Shown one piece after another: positions 13,641 through 25,425 of a stretch of 64,000 nucleotides of DNA. The notes below the pieces were generated by a model. That model was not told where the DNA came from, searched no databases, and saw only the letters and a list, made by a program, of their open reading frames with translations. The position numbers were made by a program, and so were the translations under genes. Every line of letters begins with the position of its first letter. Position 1 is the stretch's first letter. The DNA is from the human T2T-CHM13v2.0 reference genome, Homo sapiens, in assembly GCF_009914755.1 (NCBI RefSeq), contig NC_060928.1; one strand, 5' to 3'.

Positions 13641-15769
13641 AGTGAACGCCTAACCCTTGAGGTAACTAATGCTCAAGGAAAGCAAGTGGCTTACCCAGTG
13701 GTTCAGTTCAGATTCCAGTCAATGTGACTCTAATTCCAAAACCTTATCTCCTTTCAGTCTTACCACACTGCCTCATTGTGAAACGCAGAGACATATGGAA
13801 ACATAATCTCTTTTCTCTTAGGAGTTTGCAATCCATTATAAACTCTTTCGGACTTACATTTATAAGGTCATATAAAAATTTAAACTTATCTGTGGCAAAC
13901 TTTTATAATATCTGGATGTGACAAAGACCAGGAATGGATTCATGAGGGAATGTTCACAGGAAACTTTCTAAAACACATTTGTTATATCCCAAACCAGCAG
14001 CTTCTATACACACAATATATCACAAAGCAAACTTCATGGCAGGACAGAACCCCGTTGGTTATTTTAGAACGGACCTTGAGCCCTAATGTCTGGGTTGTGA
14101 TTTATGGATTGCTATGAGGCAGAGCAATGAGAGGTTTACAGGCTTGATGTGAAAAGAGAAAAATAAGTATCTTATGGCTAGCAGCAGGGTTAATATACTA
14201 GAAAAAATATACTTTTTTCCCTCCATGAATAATTAAGTGTGTTTTATAAGCATAAAGATACACAGGTGGAAGTGTGCTTGTTACTATTTAATGTTACTTT
14301 CTCTTCTTAACACTGAATCTAAAAAATGCCTTTATGTGCACTGATTGGTCCTATCCCTGATGGACTAAATGCCTTTTTATAGCATCCAAACTCTCTGTGA
14401 TCTCTTTTCAAACTGCTAGGTAAGATTTTATTTCAAAACATAGTTAAATGAAATACAAAGCCTAAAAAATGCAATAAAGCAGCAAGTGATTTGTAAATAT
14501 TTATTTTCTGTAAGAGTTAGATGGCATTTTAATATAGTGTCTTTAGCTGACACACTGAAAAAGAAGCATTGTCTCTTGACAGAATCAAGAAAAATCTGAT
14601 TTTCATAATTAAAGAAATGGAAAAGAAGACAAGAAAATGCCTTTTTCCTTTTATAATGTACAAGCTGGCCTAAATACATGCCTTGAGTGAAGTAAGATTG
14701 ACTTTAAAGCACACACTTTTATTCAACTCGATCAGAAAGAACTTTGATGGGTTTGGATACAAACTAAGAAAAGAGCCATAAATTCCAAGAATTGTCATTT
14801 TCTAGTAATTCTATTCTGAAATGAGATTTTTCTTAGCTGTTAGGAAAGAAAAGGGCTATTAACTAGGCATTAACAAGCAATTTCCGGTTCAATTTTGCAG
14901 ATAAAAATGTTTGATTAAAGATAGTGTCTGTAGATATTTAGAGGTGTTACTAAAACCAAATGTGAGACTTAAAGGGAATTTCCTGTTAGCAGTTTTTCCC
15001 TTGTCCTCCATACTTTATTATTTCACAATATAGTTGGACCTTCTTTTAGACAGGTACTGAAGAAGAGAAATGAATTGGTAAAGTATTTAATGAGTGTTGA
15101 TTAATAAAGAAAAATAAGTTGAAATCTACATTTCCATGATAAGTACTTTCCTTTCAATCAAGAAGGGATGTTCTCAAAGGTCATATATGTATAAAGTACA
15201 AACGTATAATGAAATAACACCACAACATTTGTTTATATAAGAGAAATGTATCTTACTCATTTTTTCACATATTTGCCACTTTAGATCAAATATTTGGTTC
15301 AGACTGTTAATAAAGACACTTGTTTTAAACATAGTGTTTTCTTTACAAAGATTGTTTTATTAACCTATTGGCTGTCCAGTAACCACCTTGAGATATTTCT
15401 ACTTGTGACGATAGAATGCTAATAATTCTCTAAATGTCTCTACATTGTCCAGAAATTCTGACACAATCATGTTTCAAGAAGCCAAACTGGCTTTGGAAAA
15501 CAAAAAAACAGAAAGTTACAAGTGGCATTTTTGGTCTTTAAGCATTTCCCCAGCAACTCGTGAGTTCCATAAAAATTGTGAGAAATAGAACGAAATACCC
15601 ATGGCAAAATCTTTTGTGACTTGAAATATATAAAGCATTAATCTAGCTGTTTTTAAAAAACCTCTCAATAGGTTTTATCCCTCTATATTTTCATTCTTGA
15701 TGCTTCTCTGATAGGTTTATTTAATTGTATAAAGTTGGATTCGAGACAAGTGTCACAGAAGAATTAAAA

Positions 15770-15920
15770 GAGACAGTGAGCTCCTTGGAAAATGAGCCCA
15801 TAGCCTGCTCATCTGTAAATAGGGCTCCATGTCTCACACCAAATGTGAGACTTGTTTTTCACTGTGCCAGGCACACAACTAACATCAAACCACTTGCCAC
15901 AGAATGGATGAATGAATGAA
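15770..15920 (+). mobile_element. L2 3' terminus
   Basis: gacagtgagctccttgg...cactgtgccaggcacacaac...gaatggatgaatgaatgaa. Confidence 0.6.
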
Positions 15921-16052
15921 CAATAGATAAGCATCCTTCATGATGTGTTGTTGAGGCATTTAATTTTTTCTCAAGGAGGCTGAAACCTGAACTCCGTTCC
16001 AGGAGAACTGCAGGGTTGTGTGTTTGCTTGTTTGTTTATTTTTAGTTTTAGG

Positions 16053-16419
<367 letters not shown>

Positions 16420-16940
16420 TAACTGGCATGATAATAATAATGATGAAGACACCAGTACCAATAATAATTATAATGATGACAGTAACATACCTTGTGTTTC
16501 CTAGAAATGGACACTGATCATCCCTCAATATTACAGTGAAGATTTTAATAGGCATAGTTGAAAATGTTTAAGAGACTATCTTTAATCAAACATTTTAGTC
16601 TTTGTTTAAATTATAGTTGAAAACAGTCGAATAAACTTTCCTTTGGAAATGTGACCATTTGCTAATTATGTGTACAATGTCAATATCTCTAACTTTATAG
16701 ATTTTGTAGAAAAGTTGGTAAACAAAACAATAAAGTGACTCATTTCTTCCCTCCAAATCAAATCTTTATTCCCCAAGATCAAAACACATGCTGTGATTAT
16801 TGGATTTCCTTATCTTTTCTCTCCCATATGGAAGCTGTAATAAGTCAATAAATCAATTTCAAATTTGTTCCTGTTACTTTCTATATTGTCAGGCTAGGTA
16901 AACCTTCCAACCCCTTAAATAACAGCTAATTCCATTAGGG

Positions 16941-17407
16941 TGTACTGCAAGAATCAGGTACATTGGTGACTCCAATGAGCCACATTTCTACATATCCACA
17001 TCCTTGTATAGTCTCTACAACATGCCTTCACCAACTGAATATGTCAGACATGACAATGTGCCACTTCTGATGCTAGCCTTAAAGAGTTCTGGCAGCTTCT
17101 GCTTTTGCCCTCTTGGGCTCCCTGAACTGCCATGTCAAATGTCCTACTATCTTGCTGGAGAGACCACTTCGGTAAACCATGTGGAAGTAGCACATGGAAA
17201 GGCATAGGATAGAAAGGGAAAGGTTTCACATGCCAGCGGACTCATCAGCTAAATACGGACACATGAGCAGTCACCTGCATGATCAGCAGAAGAATCACTT
17301 GGCTGAGTTCAGCACAGATTAATGATTTGTAATTAAATAAATTGAATTTTGTTTTAAGCCACTACGTTTTGGCATGGTTTGTTATGCATCAATAGATAGT
17401 CCTAAAC
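16941..17407 (+). mobile_element. MaLR solo LTR (MLT1G/H-like)
   Basis: ggcagcttctgcttttgccctcttgg...ttggctgagttcagc...gttttaagccactacgttttggcatggtttgttatgcatcaatagata, an MLT1-type 3' end. Confidence 0.8.
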
Positions 17408-17409
17408 GA

Positions 17410-18920
17410 GTCTTAAGAAAGACTTGACAGATGAGGAGATAGCTAAGGAGTTGTGGGAATTAAAGACAGGGACATTACATTTTATTCAAAGGAAACAATG
17501 TATACATCATTCCTGGGTAAGAAAAGAGATCTATGTGCTTCAATAAATGAGAAAGGAAGGGAGGGAGGGAGGGAGGGAGGGAGGGGGGGGAAGAGTAAGG
17601 GGGTGGGGGAAGAGAGAGAAGAAGACAAAAGAGAGAATGCACCACAAGAACAAGCAAATTGAATGTAGTGACAAACAGAGCGGCTCAAGATCAAGCTGGG
17701 GAAATAGACAGGGGCTAGATCATAAACGGTTCTGTAGACCATGTGATGGATTTTGAATTCACAAGCAACTGAAGGGTCTTAAGCAAAGGAAGGAATGTAA
17801 TGCATTTAGCATTTTAAAAATATGACTTTAGTTGTTACTGTGTGGAGAATGGATGGAAGGGGGCCAAGGGTAAAAACGGACAAGTAAAAAGGATATCACA
17901 ATATATCAGATGGGAGATGACAGTGACTTGGCATAGGGTTAGAGCTGTGCAGGTGGAGTGAAGTAGACAGATATGAAACAGATGTTTTGGAGAAGTAATC
18001 AAGTATGTGTTTTTTTAAATAGATTAAATACAGATGATGAGAGCGAGTGAGAAGTATCAATGATGACTCCGTAATTTCTCATGTGAGCAAATAGTTGCCT
18101 AAAGGTAGCACTTATTGAAATGCAAGGCCCTGAAATAGAATAGATTTGGGATAAGTTTTGTCAGGAGGATGATTCTGGGTTGAGCTTTAGACCTGCTACA
18201 TTTATTTGAGATGTCGGTCAGATATCAAGTGGAGATGTCAAAAAGGCAGTTGGATGTATTTTTCTGTGGCTCAGAGAAGAGGTCTGTGATGGAAATGGTA
18301 TTTAAAGCTACTGGAGCTGAAATAATGCCCTAGTGGAGTGTTTAGAGTACAAATCAAAGAGAATCCAAGCTTATGCCCTGTGGAGCTCCATTTGCTGGTG
18401 ATTGAGGAGGAGGAAGAAAAACAAAGTAAACCCAGGAGTAGTGATCTGAGAGGGTGAGAAGAACTAGCAGAGTGTGATATAGTGAAAGCCAGGATAAAAA
18501 TATTCAGAAATAGAGGAGTTGCTTCTGATGGGCCAAGTAAATTGAAAGCAGGCGTGTCCACCATATTTAAAATATGAAATTCATGGGAAACTTTTGAAAG
18601 AGCAACTTTAGTAGGGTAGTGGAGAAATACTGACACATTCAATCATGTTTCAAGAAGCTAAACTGGATTTAGTAGAGAAAAGAGTGGGTGAGAGACTGAG
18701 GGTTGGGGAAGAAGCAGCAGCTTGAGCAGATACATCTTTGAGAAACCTAGCTGTGGAGGAAGTAGAAGAGTTATGTCAGAAACTGGAAAAGGGAATAGGG
18801 TTGAAGGATAAACATTAGAACATTCAATATACTAGTTTTAACATCAATGGAAAGAATCCAGTTGAGAGGAAGAGGTTGAAGATGCAGGATGGGGAAGGGA
18901 GGAAATGGAATAAACAATGC
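17410..18920 (-). mobile_element. L2 LINE fragment (~1.5 kb)
   Basis: Purine-rich antisense L2 text (caagtggagatgtcaaaaaggcagttggatgtat; ggctcagagaagaggtctg; gaatccagttgagaggaagaggttgaagatgcagga). Confidence 0.8.
17556..17625. repeat. (GGGA)n / G-rich polypurine tract
   Basis: ggaagggagggagggagggagggagggaggggggggaagagtaagggggtggggg read directly. Confidence 0.92.
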
Positions 18921-19034
18921 AGAACACTTGCAGAGAGACTGACCTGTAATCTGGTTGTTACCTGATTCAGGAACCTTCTATGACTTCCAAAGGCCACATA
19001 GGATCTTGCCTTAGACTTGTGTACTGATCATGTC

Positions 19035-19350
19035 GGTGACCTGGAAGGCTTTTCTCTCTCAGACACCTGCAGGGCTAATTCTTTCCTCGCCCTCCAATCC
19101 TTATCCAAATCTTTTCTTCTCAGGAAGGCCACCCCGTGTAAAATTCCCAACTGCTCTCCTCAAGATTTCTAGGCTCTCACCTTGATCTGTTTTTTAATTT
19201 TCTCATTATGTTTATGACAAAACTGTGAAGTAATTAATTATATATAATTCATAATAGTTATACAGTTTGTTGCTTATGTAATATCTCCTCCACAACTAGA
19301 ATTTAACCTTTACCAGTACAGGGAAGTTTGTCTGTTTTCTTCACCGATAT
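19035..19350 (+). mobile_element. L2 3' fragment
   Basis: cctggaaggcttttctctctcag...cttttcttctcaggaaggcc...actagaatttaacc...tttgtctgttttcttcacc. Confidence 0.6.
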
Positions 19351-19962
19351 GATCAGTTTCTGACATATTTCTCTACTCCTTCCATAGCTTAGGAGACCCT
19401 TCTGCTGGGCATTCAGGAGTGTGTTTTTCTGGTGTGAGTTGAAGGAGGTGGTGACATGTTTACACATCGCATGCTATTTAACATGACTTGTTCAAACCCT
19501 TACTCACCGTTCTCTGCACAGCCCATGTTCCATTTCAGTTCTTTGACCTTATGCCTGTGATCCCTACACAGCCCACACACCCACACAGCTGAAGCAGTCT
19601 CCTTTATTCCCTCCACCCATCCTAATCCATCTTCACAGCCTCCCAAGGGTAACATAGCCCACCTTACTCACCAATATCTTCTGTGGACCATTTTGCACAG
19701 AAAATTGGAACTGCAGCATATTAGTCTGTTTTCACACTGCTATAAAAAATACTACCCAAGACTGGGTAATTTATAAACAAAGGAGATTTAATTGACTCAC
19801 AGTTTCCCATGGCTGGGAAGGATAGTCACGGTGGAAGGAGAAGCAGGCACTTTCTTCACAAGGCGGCAGGAAAGACAGCGGGAGCAAAGGGGGAAGAGCC
19901 CCTTACAAAACCATCACATCTCATGAGAATTCACTCACTCTCATGAGAACAGCATGGGGGAA

Positions 19963-20529
19963 TGCTGGGGTAATTGGACCCAACATCAGGTCATGGGGGC
20001 AACAAAGTCAGGTGGAGTCAAAGGAATGAGAAAAGACAGTTTGAGAGAGAAAGTGGGATCAGGGGGCCATCGCTAAGTATGGAGGCTGAGAAGTCCCTGA
20101 GTTCTGGAAGCCCAGACTATTTATTACTGATCAAACAATGAAACAGGTGGAGAGAATGGGGGGGGTCGAAAGGGAGCATTGCATTAATCACATGATTTAC
20201 AGCTGTGATGGTTTAGCATTTATATGGCCAACTGTAAGACACAATCAATCTAGGAGCCTGGGAGGGCTAGAAGCAAGGAGCCAGCAAGTCTAGACACATT
20301 CCAGAGCCAGAAGCCTGGGATTTCATCCAAGCCACGAGGGGTTTTCTGCCCTGGGCTTAGATTATGGTGCGTCAGGGCAGACTTCCACCCTTTAGCACAG
20401 AGCTTGGTGTTCCAAAGGCCACAAGGGGTTTAAGACCCTGGACCCCGGACATGTTCTAAGACTCTTTTACATTACGTCAGACATGCAAGCCCTGCCTCAG
20501 CTTCTCCCAAGACTCAGCTTTTCACAACA
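19963..20529 (-). mobile_element. LTR14B-like solo LTR (HERV-K14/HML-1 group)
   Basis: 567 bp with TG...CA ends. Minus strand starts tgttgtgaaaagctgagtcttgggagaagctgaggcagggcttgcatgtctg. Perfect 6-bp TSD GGGGAA at 19957-19962 and 20530-20535. Confidence 0.85.
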
Positions 20530-20561
20530 GGGGAAACTGTCCCTATGATCTAATCACCACC

Positions 20562-21549
20562 TATCTGGGGAACCAGCCCCCAGTATTTCAACATAGGTTC
20601 TTTTCTATTTTCCCTAAGTGTCGGCTGGTCTGAGAAATAAAGAGTACAAAAGCAAGAAATTTTACAGCTGTGTCTCCGGGGGTGACGTCACATGTCGGCA
20701 GGTTCCGTGATGACCCCCTGAGCTGCAAAACCAGCAAGTTTTTATTACGGGTCTCAAAAAGGGGAGGGGGTGTACGAATAGGGTGTGGGTCACAGAGATC
20801 ACGTGCTTCAAAGGCAATACGATATCACAAGGGCAGAGAGGCAGAGTGAGATCACAAGGCCAGGGTGAAACTAGAATTACTGATGAAGGTCCATGTCCTT
20901 CTGGGCACACAGTGTCATTGACAAACATCTTAACAGGAAACAGGGTTCGAGAGCAGACAATCGGTCTGACTAGAATTCGCCAGGCTGGAATGTCCTAATC
21001 CTAATAAGCCTGGGAGCGCTGCAGGAGACCAGGGTGTATTTCACCCCTTATCTATAACAGCATAAGACATAAGACAGACACTCCCAGAGCGGCCATTTTA
21101 GAGACCTCCCCCTGGGAATGCATTCGTTTTCCCAGGGTTATTCTTTGCTGAGAAAAGAATTCAGTGATATTTCTCCTATTTGCTTTCTGAAAGAAGAGAA
21201 ATATGACTCTGTTCTGCCCAGCCCCACAGGCAGTCAGACTTTATGGTTATCTCCCTTGTTCCCTGAAAATCGCTGTTATCCTGTTCAAGGTGCCCAGATT
21301 TCATATTGTTCAAACACACAGGCTTCACAAACAATTTGTACAGATAACACAATCATCACAGGGTTCTGAGGTGACATACATCCTCAGCTTATAAGGATGA
21401 CAGGATTAAGAGATTAAAGACAGGAGTAAGAAATTATAAAAGTATTAATTTGGGGAACTAACAAATGTCCATGAAATCTTCACAATTTATGTTCTTCTGC
21501 CATGGTTTCAGCCATTCCCTCTGTTCGGGTTCCCTGACTTCCCGCAACA
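20562..21549 (-). mobile_element. MER11 solo LTR (HERV-K11/HML-8 group)
   Basis: 988 bp. Minus strand starts tgttgcgggaagtcagggaacccgaacagaggg and ends ggggctggttccccagata. Perfect 6-bp TSD ACCACC at 20556-20561 and 21550-21555. Confidence 0.92.
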
Positions 21550-23383
21550 ACCACCCACCAGGTCTTTCCCTTAACACCTGGGGATTACAATTCGAGATGA
21601 GATTTGCGTGGGGACACAAAGCCAAACCATATCCTATCGGATGTATTGCCCCATTAGTGTCATGTGGGCCTTGACATACTGTCCACATCTTATCTGCTAC
21701 ATCACCTGGCAGGGTGCCTTCATTTGGGAGCAGAATCTTAAAATACAGGTCTTACCTATTATTAAGTACCTCAATAAAATGGTGTTAATTCGTTTAAAAG
21801 GCCCTTCCATTACAACTATAATAAGTGTTTATTAAGAGTGTGTGTATGTGTGTGTGTGCATTTTAGAAAAACTGATGGTCATGTTAACCAAGTTTTTAGT
21901 AGAACTCTGAGAGCCAAAAGTATCGTGAGACTCTCAAAAGCCACAGAAGAAATCGTAATTTGTCTTCCCTCACCTGAGAAAGAGACAATTCCAAAAACAT
22001 CTCCCTTGACTCAATTGATTTCCATAGGCCTTAAATCTTTTGCTTATTTCTCTAATATATGCATTAGTTTATCTCCAAAATAACAAAAACTGAGGACCTA
22101 ATAATGTTGGATCTTGGATCATACCACTTTCCTCATCTTGGCTGACCTCATTTTTTCTGACAGTGTAGGTTGGAAAGACAATAAGCAATGCCTATTTCAG
22201 TGTTGCCCTAAAATTTGTGTGTGTAGCCAAAGGGAGGCAGAGAGAGAGTAATCATTATAAAGACTCTCTCACAGTGCATGTAGCCCAATCTAAAAGCAGA
22301 TGATGTCTTTCCAGACAGTGGTCAAGAGAAGAACCAACCAACGGACAGAAAGTCACAGCTGCTCTTTTTAATTTTTTTTTAATTTTTGTGATTACGTAGT
22401 AGGTATGTCTTGCTCTTGACCTAATGCTGAGGGAAATACACAGCAAGAACCTGGCCTCCCTTTGCCTGAGCCCAGCTGATTAATTGGAACAGGCATGCCC
22501 ACATTCATTTAAGCAACTTTGTTCAAAATTAAAGGAGTATAGGTAGAAATAATTTATTTGGAGCCTTTCTTCTGGGAAAATACAAAGGCTAAGTGTAATA
22601 AAAAGAAGGAAAGGGAAATGAACTGGTGTGGGGACAAACTTCCAGGGAATCATTTATAAAAGTAAAAGTGGAAATTAGAAAATATGTGTAAAGTGTGAAA
22701 CTCTGTGGAGTCCTATACAACCTAAAAGCAGAAACTGGGGAGGGGCAAACCTAAAATCGTACTCACAGGCATGTGGGAGATTCTGAATACACCCGTTTCC
22801 AAGGAGGGGCCAAACAGTCACAGAGAAGGACAGCCTCTCTCTTCCGACTTGACTAGATTTGTTGTCTAACAAAACTTTTTCGGCACCTTGTCAAGGAATA
22901 CATTTTCTGAGTTGAGAATTTGATTCTTTTTAAAGAGCACAATAATACAGCATGGAAGCCTTTAGGGTGAATTTGCTCTTTGCAGGAAGAGCTCCAGTGG
23001 CAACCAGGGGCCATGGTGTTCTGTATCCCCAAGTGGGGTCCGGCTCTGTGTTGAGGGTTCAATGAAGGCGTCTTCTGAAGGGCCAGAGGAAAGGGCTGTT
23101 GATAGTCTTTTGGCAATGGTGAAGTGCCACTTGGGAATAGTGTTCCTGGGAGAGGGGACCTGTGGTCCTCACGTTAAGTAGAGCTAATGAAAAATAGACT
23201 CCAGCCCAAAGAGAGCTCTGGGAGTGAGCTTTCAATAAATCCAAAGAGCGGCTAAGAGAGGGCCATCTTGCCTGGGCCCTGGGGTAGGGAGTGTTCAAAA
23301 GAAGGGAAGGAATGTCTGTTCCTTTTCTTTGACAGTCTTTGTTCTGTTGGTGAAATAAAATGATCAAGTAATCTGTGAACATC

Positions 23384-24340
23384 TGTGTCTATTTTACTGG
23401 AAGAGCCAGACTTGGTAGGGTACAAAGCAGGAAACCACTGAATTACGCTCATCACTGACCGTGTAAACCCACTCTATTAACTCATTCTTCCTCATCCCTG
23501 GACAGAACCTGAGCCAAGTATTTTGGTTCTTCTGGCCACATTTAGGTTAAAAACAAACAGTGTTATGTCTGATCTAAAGCAAACTTTAACTTCTCATTCA
23601 GTTTAAAATTTCTCCCATTCCCAGCTTTGGCCCAACTCAGGCTCTCAGGGATGTGTAGTGGGCATGGGTACCACAGCGGAGTTTTGTCCATCACCTTCTT
23701 CAACCCTTTCTCCTCCTTGCTCTACCTGGGACACTTTCTGCACTGGAGGTGGGAGAGGAAAGAAGCAGTGGTGCCCTCCCACTGCGCTGTCCCCTGGTTT
23801 GGACAATGCCCGCTCTGGCAGGCTGGCTGTGGCCCCTTCCTCAGCCTTTTTGCATGTGGCTCACCCCATGTCGGCTCTTGCCATTGGAGTCTCCAGCTTC
23901 TGAAAGAGGGGGAGTCTTTTTGAACAGTTTCCTCTCAGGGCAGAACAAATCCAGCCTCCTCCCATGGTATCCACTTGACCTTGACATATTTGGGGAGTGT
24001 GAGCTGCTGCCATTCCAGTACTCTTTTCTTTGTGCTAAGGTAGGGAACTCCAGCACACCCTTTGCCCATGCAAGCTTTTCTAGGAAGCACCAGCCCCTGG
24101 GCCCTGTAAACTTCTGGAAAAACAGGCCAACATCTCCAATAGCTCTCTCCTGAGCTCTGTGCGGGGCTTTTTGAAGTGAGAAAGCAGAAAACGCATCCAG
24201 GGCAGTAAGGGTCCTGCTTGGGGAAGGAGCAACTTCCTCTTCTGACAAGTGCTCCTAGTCTTGAATTCCCTCTCATTTGATGGGAGGTGAAGCCAGATAT
24301 ATAAGATATTTCCCCAACCCCATTTACGTGCGTGAAGTGC
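23384..24340 (-). mobile_element. Ancient mammalian Gypsy-type solo LTR (MamGypLTR-like)
   Basis: Minus strand gagagctattggagatgttggcctgtttttccagaagtttacagg...aagcttgcatgggc and the 3' end gtttcctgctttgtaccctaccaagtctggctcttccagtaaaatagacaca resemble the recalled MamGypLTR consensus. The 5' boundary is uncertain. Confidence 0.6.
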
Positions 24341-24938
24341 AGTGATGCACACTGTAGCAGCTCTTTGCAGAGAAGTCCCCTATTCCTACCATCTTAGTCC
24401 CTCTACTGCTTTAGCTTGAAGTGAGAGGTGGACTGGGTTGCCAGATCATTTCATACCCAGCTTTGGATCTTTAGTCAAAATTCCCAAGAACGAAAAGGCC
24501 ACCTCTCTCTATTTTTCTGCTATGTTGTCAAACACATATGGCATGCACAGAAGGGAAAGATGAGCACAGCTCACAGCCTTCGAGGGCTTTGTGGAAGGGG
24601 TGAAGCTTAAACTTACAATTTGAGTCTGGGTGCGTGGAAATATAAAGGGAGGGTGTGTGGTGCGTGGGATCTAGCTTGAGAAATGGCCCAGATAAATGAA
24701 TGGGCTGAGAAGATTGAATGGATGTAGTGAGGACAGAAGAAAGATAATTCTTCAAGGCCAAGACAGGATGGCTAGTGTCAAGGGAAAGGCTGCTGCACTT
24801 TGTTTGGCAGGAAAGTAACACCAGAGCAACAGTGGCTTAGGAAGATGATGGAGAGCTATGCAAGGGAAGATAGATATTGATGTTTCTCACCCTGCACCTT
24901 ATCACAATCACTTGTGCAATGTTTAAAAGCAGATATAA

Positions 24939-25226
24939 GGCCAGGCATGGTGGCTCACGCCTGTAATCCCAGCACTTTGGGAGGCCAAGGTGGGTGGATC
25001 ACGAGGTCAGGAGTTCAAGACCAGCCTGACCAACATGGTGAAACCCCATCTCTACTAAAAATACAAAAATTAGCTGGACGTGGTGACATGTGCCTGGGAG
25101 CCTGTAATCCCGGCTACTCGGGAGGCTGAGGCAGGAGAATTGTTTGAACACAGGAGGCAGAGGTTGCAGTGAGCCAAGACTGTGCCACAGCACTCCAGCA
25201 GACTCTAAACAACAACAACAAAAAAG
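24939..25226 (+). mobile_element. Alu SINE (AluSg-like) with a small 3' deletion
   Basis: ggccaggcatggtggctcacgcc...; 14-bp TSD aaaagcag(a/c)tataa at 24925-24938 and 25227-25240. Confidence 0.97.
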
Positions 25227-25319
25227 AAAAGCAGCTATAAAAAAGAGGCTCCAAATGAAAGAGCTTCAGGTGACTGTGAGGTGTAGCCTTGATGAGAGGC
25301 ATGGTGTGGGACCAAGAGA

Positions 25320-25425
25320 GCCTTGAAGTGGGGACCTTGTCTGTCTTGTTTGCAGACGTCTCCCAGGGACCTTGAACAATGCGTAGACAATAATAGATAT
25401 TCAATGAATATTGATTGTATTAAAG
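25320..25425 (+). mobile_element. L2 3' terminus
   Basis: ggggaccttgtctgtcttgtttgc...aataatagatattcaatgaatattgattg. Confidence 0.6.

Larger units (their letters stand above)
19717..21634 (-). mobile_element. THE1 (THE1D-like) MaLR solo LTR split into three pieces (19717-19962, 20530-20561, 21550-21634)
   Basis: tattagtctgttttcacactgctataaa...gagaacagcatgggggaa | ggggaaactgtccctatgatctaatcaccacc | accacccaccagg...gccaaaccatatc. The rejoined sequence is collinear with the intact THE1 at 42338-42697. Confidence 0.92.

Noticed and set aside
23627-24352. Processed pseudogene or bidirectional coding locus
   Set aside because: No poly-A/TSD or recognisable protein. Better explained as a GC-richer Gypsy-type LTR with few stop codons.
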